The position numbers were made by a program, and so were the translations under genes. A stretch of DNA of 64,000 nt, from the IMG/VR virus record IMGVR_UViG_3300022661_000051. One strand, given 5' to 3'. Below are positions 9,656 to 22,600 of this stretch, one piece after another (positions within the stretch are counted from its first letter, which is position 1; each line of letters opens with the position of its first letter). Below the pieces are notes generated by a model. It ran no database searches. It saw nothing but the letters and a program-made list of their open reading frames with translations, and was not told where the DNA came from. The stretch is from a virus. Its lineage: Duplodnaviria; Caudoviricetes.

Positions 9656-10531
9656 ATGACTATCAAAAAAACCCTATTAAGAGATCATATGGAAAAAACA
9701 TGTAAAGATCTATGGAAAGGACATGAACAAGTTGCTCAAGAGTATGAACACTGCTTCCGTGGTAAATGGGTATCTCAGATATTTAATTATCTTAATGGCA
9801 AGATTAATAAAAATCGAGCAGCTACAATCGAAATCGTAAACGAACCCTCTAGACCCGACATAGGATGGTCAGGAGCTTCAATCGTGTATATAAATTATAT
9901 ACAAATCAAGTTATTGATGAATACAACGTATGGTATATCATCTATACTGCATAATCATCAATCGTGCGTGAAGAATCAAACGCTAAGACTGATGAATATG
10001 GTATTTGATGTTATCGCACATGAATTATCACATATGGATCAAGCGATAGACGATAAAAGATACAATTCTGATAAAGAATATAAGAATTGTATAGAGAATG
10101 CAAATATGTTCAGATCATATAAATGGATCGTTGATAATTTTGGTTCTCTTAAAAAAGAATTTCCTTATCTCGATTTTGAGTATTTCAACGATAAATTGAA
10201 TAATGTCGTGAGCAATATTCCTTTTAACTTTGAAAACCCAAAAGAACATATTGTGAAAATAATCGATAGATATTTTCAGCTCTTCATTAATGATGCATCT
10301 CTCGTCCCATATTTATCTTATGATATAGATAAATGTACATGGGGTGATTTAATTATTGGTACTAAAAGGTATCCGCTTTCGGATCAAAAAGAATGTCTTA
10401 ATGTAATTAATGGAGTCATCAATTCATTCCTGTATAAATATAATGGTAAAAAAATTCCAGCAATTATATACAAATATACAGACTCTAATATACTTGACAT
10501 TGCAGTTATGTTACCTAAGGACTTATCATAA
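9656..10531 (+). CDS. HExxH-containing, possible zincin-like metallopeptidase
   Basis: VIAHELSHMDQ plus a downstream E (IENAN); ATG 9656 after GGAGG. Confidence 0.6.
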   Translation: MTIKKTLLRDHMEKTCKDLWKGHEQVAQEYEHCFRGKWVSQIFNYLNGKINKNRAATIEIVNEPSRPDIGWSGASIVYINYIQIKLLMNTTYGISSILHNHQSCVKNQTLRLMNMVFDVIAHELSHMDQAIDDKRYNSDKEYKNCIENANMFRSYKWIVDNFGSLKKEFPYLDFEYFNDKLNNVVSNIPFNFENPKEHIVKIIDRYFQLFINDASLVPYLSYDIDKCTWGDLIIGTKRYPLSDQKECLNVINGVINSFLYKYNGKKIPAIIYKYTDSNILDIAVMLPKDLS

Positions 10532-10539
10532 ATGTATCT

Positions 10540-10571
10540 AAACGGGGGCGATTAGCTCCCGTTTATTTTTT
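10540..10571 (+). terminator. intrinsic terminator
   Basis: AAACGGGGGC-gatta-GCTCCCGTTT followed by ATTTTTT. Confidence 0.7.
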
Positions 10572-10590
10572 ACCCTTTATTTTTTAGGTG

Positions 10591-10602
10591 AACATTATTA
10601 TA
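10591..10602 (+). promoter_or_regulatory. late-type promoter
   Basis: AACA-TTATTA-TA upstream of the giant tail gene. Confidence 0.7.
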
Positions 10603-10634
10603 AATTACCCTATTCTATGAAGGGAGGATTTATT

Positions 10635-13600
10635 ATGCTTAAAATCAAAGAATATGCTAAGAATGTAGGTAAATCTGTAGTATATACTGCGTCTGAAGTT
10701 CTTGGAGAAGAGTATAGTACCGTCAAAGACTTTACTACGACGAATCAAGAAATTTTTAAAGAAGCATATGGTGCTGTAAGAGATTACCGTACAACATTCG
10801 CAAGAGTTAAGAAAACAGTCGAACAGTCTGATGTCTATGTTGCTGCTAACTTAGACATTAAGAACTTGTTCGAAGATATTAAGTCGGGTAAGTTCTATAA
10901 TAAAGAACGAGACCTTGAATATGAGAGCAAATTCGGCGGTGATCTTGTAAAAGACACTGGCTGGGATATGGATAGCGAAGACTTTGACTGGAGCGATAAC
11001 GCTGATATCACTGCAGGAGATAAAGTGATCGCTACTGCTATTAAAAAGAATAATAAACTTTCGACTGCTATAATGGCAGACGTTATTACTACTGGAAACA
11101 AGGCTATTGTTGATACATCGAGAGATAATACAACAATGCTGTTTGTTCAGCAAGAAAGATTAATGAATAAATTTGGAGGTAAGCTCGATACTATTACTTC
11201 AATCATGAAGAATCAGAATGAAGCTTCATCCAAGATGCAGAGTCAGCATTTCCAGAACTCTGCAAAGTTTATGACAAATATAGAAAAGAAGACCGATAAG
11301 ATTGTCGCTCAGTTGGACGAGATGTTACAAATGCAGCGTCAGGTATATCAGTCTCAGAATCAGCAAGAAAAAGAAAGAAAAAGAAATACTGTAACGGATA
11401 TCGCGTCAAGTGGTATCCCTAATCTTCGCGAATATGGAAAACAGATAAAATCTAATGCATATGATTTCATCAACCAGTTATCTGGTGGCGCCCTTCAAAT
11501 GACAGGTGCAATGGAAGGAGCTAATATCTTAGCGATGTTTGCTGCCAGTCCATTAAAAATGGCTGTCGAGTCGGTAGTTAGAAAATCTATAAGCTCAGAA
11601 TTTAAATCTGCTTCTAAGGGATTTAATGAAAACCTTAGGGGATCATTCTCAAATTTAATGAGTAGAGCTTATAATGCTCGAATGAATGATGAAGATAAAT
11701 TTGCACAAATGTTAGGTTCTATATTTGGACTTAAATTTGATAAAGAGTCCGATACTATGGATACTGGCAAATTTAATAAAGGTCCCGTACCATTCGATGG
11801 TATAACCAAGAAAGCAGTTACGGAAGTTATCCCTTTCTATCTTAGAAAGATGACTTCTATGATTACAGGAGAAGATGAACAGATCTTCGACTATAAAACT
11901 GGAAAATGGACAACTGTAAAAGCTGTTCAGAAGAGGCATAATGATTGGAAAGATGCTGGCCATAAACAAGCATTTGGCGATATCCTTTCAGTTATGCATG
12001 AATCTATAGGAAAGAGTCCAAATGCTGTTATGACATCTAAGTTCAGTCAGGATCGTCTGGATGAACAAATGGACAAATTCCAGAGAGCATTGTACAGAAC
12101 TAATGGTGATTTCAATAGTATTCTGAACAAACCGATGGAATACGGTCTTGATTCTGATTTTGTTAACTTCATTAAGAAAATCTTTAGAGATAACGAATCT
12201 CAGGGACAGTATTATTATAAGACTGAAGAGGTTACTGGTGCTAAGGGTAGAACTCGTACCAAAGTTACTGGTATTGACAGATCTAGAGGTGCTGGTGGTG
12301 TAAGAACAGGTGTTAATGTTCGTAATGCTATTTCTAATTACGCTAGAACCGCATTCGATACTAAGGCTCAAAGGGCACAGACCTTTAGAGATATGGAAAG
12401 AGATCCAGATATTCTTGAGAGAATACTCTATAGTGAAGGTATCTTAGGTGATCCTACGAAGGATAAGAATATTATGGGCGTTCGAAATCAGCATGGCGAT
12501 TTTAATATGGAACGCGCATTTAAATCTCCATTTGCTCAAGCGATGCTTTATGTGCAAGATAATAACGGATATAACTTATTTGATTATCTTCGTCACATGA
12601 AAATTGATCTTTCTGCTATAAGAAATAATGGATTATTTGGTCTTGGTTCTACAACTACAGACACATCAAATATGATGGAGTTTGAAAAGACTAAAGACTA
12701 CAAACCGAAGTTTAATTATAAATATGGCGGATCAGGTCGTGAGAAAGATGAGAAACGAAAAGCTCGTGATTATGACAACTATAATCAAAAATATATCAAT
12801 GCTGTAAAGGAATGGGAAGAGAAAGGTAGAATAGGCCCGAAGCCTCGAAAAGCTGAAGATTATGTTGACCTTGCCGGTTTTATTGCTGATCAGCATGATA
12901 AACTTGAAAGGGATCTTAAGAAAGATTTCGACAATAATAAAAAGAATAAGAAAAATATTTACGATACTCTTGCTGACTGGGGTCTTATGACTAAGGAAGA
13001 AGCTCGTAAATATACAGATAAAAACTTCGACCCTAAACGTTCCCTTACGGAACAGCTTAGAGGGGAAGTTGGAGGAATGAGCAAACTCGCTATTCTGGGC
13101 GATTATGCTCGTCAGATGGTTCAGAAACCTTGGGAAGCTGCTACAGATGCTGTTATAAAAACAGACGTATGGCTTCATAATCTTTTCTTTGAGCACGCTT
13201 TTAAACGTACTAAGGAAGACGGAGAAGTAGTTGAAGAAAAGGGTCTTTTCGGAATGATGAAAGAAAAGTTTAAACAGGGCTTTGAAGATCTTACCGATAA
13301 GATTTCTAATAAGATTTCTAATGCTGTCGAAAAGTTAAATGAAAAATTCGGAGAGAAGTTCTTTAAACCTGTCAAAGAATTCCTCTTAGGTAAAAGAGCC
13401 GATTCCGAATCTGACTATCAGGGCGGACTTTTAAGCGGAGTTCTTAATGCCGGTCGTAAGTATTTTAAGAAAAATGCTGAAGATGTTAAGAATTATGCTA
13501 AGAGAACTCTTAAAGATACTAAAGATAGCATCTTTGGTAAAAAGAGTGAAGAGACGGATTCCGTCACTCCAGAACCGGATGTTCCTATAAAGTATTATCA

Positions 13601-16600
13601 GGATACTGCAAAGAAGAAAGCTTTAATGGCTGCTATCAAAGAATTTGAGGCTGTATATTGGGATTCTCCGTTGTTATCAATATATGAAAACTTCTATCCT
13701 AATCATGTAAAGATATTCCCAAGTAATACTGCTATAAAGAAATATATCCTCTGGTGTGAAGCTCATAAAATTCCAGAAAAGGAAGTAGCGACCGCAGGTC
13801 CTATGAAGAAATACTTCTTTGATATTACCACTGATCATAGCTCGAAGCATTATCAGAGTATTATCAATAGTATTAATCGTCTCGATCGTCTTAAAGACAG
13901 AAAGCTGAAAGTGATTCCTGAAGGGGAAGAAGTTCCAGCATATGATAACTTAGCATCAGACCAGACTGTATTAGCTAAAGCAACGGAATCAAAGTACAGA
14001 AGAAAAAAGGTTAAATCACCTGAAGACTTGCGAAAAGAGCTTCTTAAAAAGGGAGTATTCCCTGCAGAGAATGCTTCGGAAGCTATCGCTGAATATATAA
14101 ACTGGCTTTCTAGCCAGGGTATTTCTTTAGATAGAGGTCTTGATAAAAATAATATAAGTAGATTTCAATCTAAAAATAAACAGTTCGCATCTTCTGAAAG
14201 AAGAGACGAAATGATCGAAGCTATTAGATCTCGTACTGCTACTCTTAGAGCTAAGCATGGAAGAGAAGCTATAAATTCGAATCAAGATACTACTACAACT
14301 ACAACAAATTCAGCAGATACTATATTTAATCATGTCGAAAATGTTAAGAAGAATAATGAAATTTTAGAGAAGATTCTTTCTCCTCTTAATAAAATATCAT
14401 CTCTCCTTGAAAAGATAGCCAATCTCCCTGTAGTAGGAAATAATAATCCTCCTTCAGGAATGGCTAAAGGTGGTATTAATACAGGAAGTGCATTCCCATC
14501 AGTATTATCACCTGGAGAAACTCTTACAGTTCCTGGTCGTGGAACTGCTACTATTCAGAAAACAGGAATTTATAATATTCCGACTGGAGGTATTGTAGTT
14601 AACCCTAAGGGAGCTGCTGGTAGATCTGCAGATGCTGCTAGAGAAAGAGCTTTTGTTAATAAATTAAGCTTCAACGCTGAACCTGGCGGAAAAGATTCTA
14701 ACCTTGTTAAGATCAATGAATACGTCAATGGTAGTGAAGGACAGGAGCTTATTGGTAATGCAATGGCTAGAGGAACTATGGGCCTTGGTGCTGGTATACT
14801 CTTAGGAGGACCATTACTCGGAGCCGGTATAGGTATTGCTTCAGCTTTTGCAAATAAATCAAATGGTTTCGCTAATGCTATTTTCGGAACAGCTACTGGT
14901 GAAGTAGATGAAAATGGTAAACTGAAACGTCACGATGATGGACTTCTTAGTAAGGAATTGCAGAAAGCTATTCCTGATATTAAGAAATTCGGATTACTTG
15001 GAGCTCTTGCTGGTCTTATAACTCCATTTGGACCTGTAGGAGGATTACTTATTGGATCTGCAGCTGGTTTTGCTAAAAATAATGGTCTTATACAGGAGAC
15101 TCTTTTTGGTGAGGGTGGACTTATAGATCCTAAGAAGAAAGAAAAACTTAAGAAAGCACTTCCTGCTATGGGACTTGGAGCTCTTGCTGGAGCATTCCTT
15201 GGTCCTTTCGGCTTACTCGGAAATGCGTTACTCGGTTCCGCTGCTGGTTTTGTTACTACTACAGATTCGTTCAAAGATGCTGTTTTAGGTAAACAAGGTC
15301 CTGATGGTAAACGAATTGGAGGATTCGTAGGTCTTTTGAAGAAATCTGTTGATCCTCTTAAGAATTTCGGAAGCACTATAATCAACGGAACACTCGATGC
15401 TATCTTTGGTAAAAAGAAGGGTGAAGGTGAAGACGCTAAGCGTGAAGGTGGAATATTTGGAATGCTTAAAGACCAAGTAGTAATGCCTTTAGCTGAAGGT
15501 ATCAAACCTATCATTCAGGAAATTAAGAATAGATTTAAGGATATTACTAATTTCGCTAAGGATAGAATTAAGAAATTCAGTGATTCTCATGTTGGAGGTC
15601 ATCTTACTGACAAATTATCTAATGCTGGTGCTGGACTTGCTCGAGCTGGTATAGGTATCGCTAAAGGTGCCGCATGGGTAGGAGCTACTCCTTTAATGGC
15701 TGGAGCTCATGCTATTAAAGGTTTAGGTAATCATTTAAGAAGAAAGCAAATTCGTCGTGGTAGAGCATCAGACTTAACTGCAGATGAAAGAATTGCTTTC
15801 CGCCAGAGAAACTTCTTAGCAGGAGAGGTTGACGAATATTCTGAATTCGATCAGGCCCTCAGCACTATGTCAAAGACTCGAAGCGTTGAAGAAATGAAAC
15901 GTGTTAGAGATATGATGGGAATGTTAGCCGGTCGTGAAGACATGGTTAATGATGAATTAGTAAATGCTAAGAAAACAATGTCCGACCAGTTCGACAATTA
16001 TCTTCAGGGTAGTGGACGAAAAGGAAAGACCGGTACTGCTCAGATTATGAAGCAGATCAATAGAGGTAACTTCGAAGGTGCTCTTAAATTAATCGAACGC
16101 GGCGATTTTGACACTAGAAAGGGAACTCCTCTATCAGATGCCGATAAAGCTAATATGATACAAGCAGTTCATGATCTTGCTAATACTAACAAATTAGCTA
16201 AAGAACGTGTTGCTAATATCAAGGCTTCTGGTGTGGATATTGAAAAGACTTTAATGGATGAACTTGGTATCAAGTTTGATCCTCGTAATAAAAAGATGAT
16301 TCGTCAGTATCAGGAAATGATTAATAGAGATATTGTTCATAAAGAAGCTGGCGAAAAACTCACAGGCGAAAGAGATCCTCTTAAGAATAACACTATAGCT
16401 GTTGATAGACTCACTGAAGTTCTTGAAGATAGTCTTAAGGTTCAATTAGGAGAGGACGAAGCTATACGCAAAAAGTATAAGATTCGTAATAAAAAGAAAG
16501 CTTGGAACTCAATGTCTCATGCTGAACGTCTTGAAGCTATTTCTAAGAATCCAGATGAATGGAAAGAAATATCTCAGAATACCGATAATGGCGAAGCTCT

Positions 16601-19600
16601 TACTGGTTATAATGAGGCTATTAAGGATTTAAGACGTAAGAAAGATAATGAGTTATTCGATACTTTCAAAGAAAAGGGTCCTGAAGGAACCGCTGATTAT
16701 ATTTATAGATCATTAGGCACTTCAGCCGCAAAGATTTGGGATGATTCTGTTAAGGATAATCCTCATTTAATGAGTAAGTCTGGTAAATATACTCTGGTTC
16801 TTGATGGCGATATATACGAATGGACAAATAAGGAAGAGCATGAAAAGATGCGCGAAGCTTATATCCGTAAGTATGTATTAACTAAAATTCAGAATCCTGC
16901 AGATCGTGAAAGAGTAGCCAAAGCAATGCTCAAATCCGAAGTTAAATTCAAAGGTCTTGCTAAACCATTTGCCACTTTTGAAAAACTCGGAATAGGTAAA
17001 ACTGCTGCTATACTTATGGCTGGTCCTTTAGCTGTAGGTGGGGTGGTTGGAGCTTCGTTAGCCCTTAAAGGAGCTAAAGCTGCATCTCCTCATATTAAGA
17101 ACGCCGCTTTCAATTTAAAACAGAAAGCTAAAATAGGAGCTGGAAATCTTAAGCAGAAGCTTAATTACGATCCAACCGATGAAGAGCTTGACGTTAATGC
17201 TCAGTATGCAAAACTCTCTGCTGAAGAGAAGGAAGAAATTCGTAACAATGGCGGTATTGCTAAATGGCGTCAGAATTATCTTAAGTCTCATAAGAGAGGA
17301 CTTATAGCTGAAGCTAAGAGAAAGCTTTATTATGATCCTGCTGATAAGATTAATAAGAAAATCAGAAAAGATTATAGTAAGTTATCTGATACAGAAAAGG
17401 ATGAGATTCGTAGCAATGGTGGTATTGCTAAATGGCGCGAATCAAAACTTAAGGATTATTATAAACAGGACAAACCTGGCTTGTTAGTCGGTGTTCGAAA
17501 TAGAGTCGTTGCTTCTGAAAAACGTATTAAAAACGGAGAAGCAAGCGGAACTGATCGAATCATCGCTGCGATCAATAAGGGCGTTAAAACGTTAGGTGAT
17601 ATCGTTCATAAAGACGATAAGAAAGAGCCTAGCAAATTAACCAAATGGTTAAGTAGTGCGTTTGGTATAGGTAAACTGGTAGTTGGCGTACCTCTCATGG
17701 TAGGCTTTATGCATCAGACACTTATGCCATTCTTAAAAAATAAAGTGGGACCTTGGATTCTTGGTAAAAAGAATCAGGAAGGTGAATATGAGGGTGGATT
17801 ATTCTCAGGAATAGTTAATCCGCTTAAGAATTGGTTTGGTAAGAAGTTTGCTAATGTAAAACATTGGTTTGCTAATACTGGACCTTATACGGACCCTAAT
17901 ACAGGTTGGTCTGGTGCTCTGATAGGTGTTAAGAATATCTTTGCGAAGGTTGTTGACACTTGGAAGGTCGGAGCTGAAGTTCTTATAGAAAAATGGGTTC
18001 CTAGAATAGTAGAAACTTTGACAGCAAATCTTGTTCCTACATTAGTTGCTGCGTTGAAGGGTGCTGCTAAAGGTATCTGGGGATTTCTTACAAAGAAAGA
18101 TGGCCAAACTGAAGTAGGTTCGACCGCATTTAACCTTGAGAGTTTCACTCCTGGAGGTTATAATGACCCAAGTAGCGGAGGCTCTGGTAGTGCATCAAAG
18201 TCATCTATAGTTATTCCAAATACTATTACGGGTTCTACGAAATCTATCGGTACTATGGAAAGCACTTCTGTTAAACCGAGCGGAACATCATCAAAGAACA
18301 TGTATTTTGGACCTAAGGGTGTAATTGAAGATGATACAGCGGCCGCTACAGGTGGATCTAAGATGGGGGCTGCTTATCCTAATCCTCCGTCTCAGTTAAA
18401 AGCTGCAGCTACTAATGATAATGATGTAGTTGAAGGTGGAAAAGATAAAGCTGGTCAGACCGTATATTATGCAAAAAGTGATAAAAAGAAAAAGAATCCA
18501 TTAAGAAAGGGAGTCGATGGTAAATACTATTCGGCCGCTGATCTTATAGAAATGGCAGATCCTTCACTTGTCGGAGATGAGAATTGGGATGCTATGCTCA
18601 ATGAAGACGCCGACAATGCGGATCCTAACGATGCTCTCGATACTCATAACACTGTTCTCAAAAGAATGGCTTGGGCTATGACTACCAAAGCCGGAAGAAA
18701 ATCTATGGGTAGAGCTGGTAGGGTTCTTGGTAAGTTCAGTAAGGGATTCTCTAAAATATTACCAGTATGGGCTAAACCTGCAGGATGGGCTGGACGAGTT
18801 CTTGGTAAGGGTATGGACACAGTTGGTAGCCTCTCTGAAAAGGGGGCTTCTAAAGCTAAAGCTAAACTCATAGAAAGAGCTTCAAAACACGCTGCTACTA
18901 ATACCGCAGCAACTTCTGCGGTAGATAATGTTGTAACCAAGTCTAAAGTTCCTGGTGGGGCAATGATGGATGATGTTGCTGACATCGCAACTTCAAAGCC
19001 AAAGGCAGGAGCAATGATGGACGATATATCGGACGTTGCAGGTAAAAAGTTTAAAAATGGTGCATTAATGGACGATGTTGCTGACATCGCAGGTAAGCCT
19101 AAAGCAAATAAAATTGGAGCAATGATGGATGATGTTGCTGACATCGCAACTCCAAAGGCTGGAGGAAAGAAAGCATCTAAATTAGCAGGTCTTGTTGATA
19201 AGATCAAAAAGCCATTTGCTAATAAGGGAGCAGGTAAATCTAAAGTTGGAGAGAAAGTTCTTAAGGAAGCTGCTGAAGAAGCAGGAGAAGGTGCAGCTAA
19301 GAAAACAGCTAAAAATGTTGTTAAGGAAGCTGCAGAATCTGCTACTAAGAGTAAGAATGCTGGAGTTATCGGTAAGATACTTGATCTTATTAAGGGTGCT
19401 CTTAAGAAACTCTTTAACAGTAAAGCGTTTACTAAAGTTCTCGGATCTAAGGGTGGTACTATAGCTAAGAAGGCTGTTGGTGCTATCGGTAAAATCATTT
19501 CAGGACTTAAGACAAAACTTGATGATCTCGCTGCTAAAGCAATTGCTAAGATTGCAAGTAAGCTTGGTATTCAGGTGGGTGCAGCTGCTACGGGTGTTGG

Positions 19601-22600
19601 TGTGGTTATCAATATCGCAATGTATATTGGAAGCTTCATTTCAGGCTGTAGTGATGCTAGAAATATCTTAGGTATTATATCAGAACCTACTGCACTTGAA
19701 AAAGCATTAGCTGGTGTTGTAGCGTTCATTACAGATAACTTCCTTATCGTTATTCCTAGAAGTACGGTTGCAAGTATCGTTATCGATATCTTAGGACCGA
19801 TTATTGCTAAGGAAGAATATGAGGAGTTTAAACAGAAACAGGAAGAAGATCAAAAACGTCTTCAGGAATTTAACCAGATTCATGGTACCGATTATACTCT
19901 TGAGGAATATAACTATAAATACAATAGAACAATGCTCCAAAAGATTGGTGACGGTGCTAAGAAGGCGCTTAAATTGGCCGGTAAGGGTCTTAAAGCTAGT
20001 ACGAAATTCTTATTAGCCAATCCAGTTGAAAAAGCCAAGACTGTTGTTAAGGTAGCTAAGAAAGCTGGTAAAAAGGTAAAGGGTGGTATTAAGAAGCTTG
20101 GTAAGGGTATTAAGAAGCTCTTCGGAAATGCGGAGGCTGATGAAGGACTCGAGCCATTCCTTGACGATGACGGAATGCTTGCAATTCCTGATGAGGCAGA
20201 GGAAATGATCGATTCAGAAGGTGTTCCTGTTGAAGATGAGACTAATAATCTTACATTCATAAATCGCCATCCGATTTTGAATTTTGTTAATAAAGCTAAA
20301 TCTGTTCTTAGTGGAGATATGAGCATCATTGAAGCGCTTAAATCCTCTACAGAAGATAATGCTAAAAACTTCAAAGAAATCATTGCTAATAATCCTCTTA
20401 TTGGTACTGTAACAAATGGCTTCAATGATATTAAATCTCTACTTAGTGGAGAGAAGAGTGTCGGAGAAGTTATAAAGGGCGGTATCAAGAGAAAAGCTGG
20501 TGGAATTAAGTCTCTTATTGGTAAACTCAAAGAAACTACAATAGGAAAAGCTATTTCATCAAAGGTTGATACTATTAAGACTGGTATAAGCAATGCTAAA
20601 TCCGTTATTAAGGGTGATATGAGTATTAAAGATGCTATCAAGTCTACATTCGGAAAAGGCGTTGATAACGCTAAATCTGTAATTGGCGACTTTGGTATTG
20701 GTGATGCTTTAAACAAAGCTACTGGCGGATTTAAACAGGTGGGTAATTTCATAAAGAAATTTACTTCACAGAATAAAACAAATAACGATTCTATAGACTC
20801 TGGCAAGATTGATCCGTCAAATCCTAAATTCTGGGAGATTAAGGATCCTCAGTCTGGAAATCCGTTTATAGATTCTATGTTTAAGATGAAGGAAAACATG
20901 AGTCGACTCATTAAAGCACCATTCTCTATGGTAGCCGAAACTATGAGTAACGTAAATAATGTAATTGGTCCTTCAGGTATATCTGAATCTTCGTCATCAT
21001 CAAGTGGTTCTTCCGATGAAGCTACAAAGGATAAATCAGGAAAACTTTCGATATGGCAGAGAATTAAAAATAAATTTAAGGGTATCTTTGGCAAGGGTAA
21101 AGACGAAGATAGAGAATCTGGTAAGGGTGATGATGGTCATATTTATCAGAGAGATTATACTGGTTCTTTCCAAACACCTGGAGATACAGAATCTCAATCT
21201 CTTGCCGATTCAGGATGTGGACCTGCAGCTGCAGCAACTGTTCTGAATAGATATGGTAAGAAGGGCAATATGCGTAGTGCTGCTAAGTTTGCAACTGCTA
21301 ATGGCTATAAAGAAGTCAATGGAGGAACCTATCCAGAATACTTCAAGGACTATCTGAATAGAAATGGCATTACTGCTAACGAAACTCAAAGTAATGAGGA
21401 AGTTATTAATTCTCTTGCTAACGGTAAACCTGTTATTATGATGGGTCAAGATCGTAAGAATAAGGGAACTACTCCTTACGGATCTGAATATTCGCACTAT
21501 GTAGTCGCTACAGGATTAGATCGTAACGGTAACGTTATCGTTGAAGATTCTGAAGATAAACGTGGTCAGACTAGATATAATCTTGGCGAAGTATTGAAAA
21601 ATACAAGTGTTAAGATTACTACTGGTGGTCATGGTAAATTCGGTCGTGGAGACAGTGCATTGTCTGTATTAAGCAACTATAGCTCATCTATGGTTAAGGC
21701 TATATATGGACCTTATTATAGTGCATTGTTCGGCGATGACGATGCTCCTACTGGAGGAAATTCTACAAATAATACAATATATTCATCTGGCAATAAGGGT
21801 TCAACAAATATGAACTATGATGCAGATATTACGGATTCTGGAGAAACAGAGTCTCGTAAGAAAATAATCTGGGATTATTTCGTTAAGAACGGATTTTCCG
21901 ATACTTTAGCGGCTGCTATTATGGGTAATATGCAAAGAGAATCCGGATTTAATCCATCTATATCTGAAATTGCTAGTGGTGTAAAAGCCAATAGAGTTGA
22001 AGATATTCCTCATAACAGAATGGGTACTCATGTTAACGGTTCAGGTATGGGATTCGGACTTATTCAGTGGTCATATGCTGAAGGTCATGCAGCGTTATAT
22101 AACTGGTGTACTGGAAATAATTGTGATCCTAATACTCTTGATGGACAGGTTAAATGGGTAGTTGCTCAGATGAAGGGTACTAATATAGAAGCTGCCACTA
22201 ATACCAACAACGCAGCAATGTTTAATGGCGCAGATGGTCATGGAACTATGTCATGGAATTATGATCTTATTAAGCGCAAGGGCGGACTTGAAGGTTTTAA
22301 TAATATGAGCATTTCAGAAGCTGTTACAGCATTCTACGACTGTGTCGAAAGAGGTTGGAACCGAGATTCTGATATTAAACTTAGTATCGGATATGCAAAT
22401 AATATTTACAATCAATTCGCATCTGGTTCTGGTAAGGGTAAGGGTTCTAATACTGATCATACATCTCCAACTATTAGTAGTCGTCCAAGCGGTAGAGCTA
22501 ATAAGAGATATAACCGTCAGGAATTTATTAATACTAAGATCGGTAAGCGTGCAGCCAGATATGGATATGGTATCAGAAGGTATGGTTCTGGTAAGTATGG

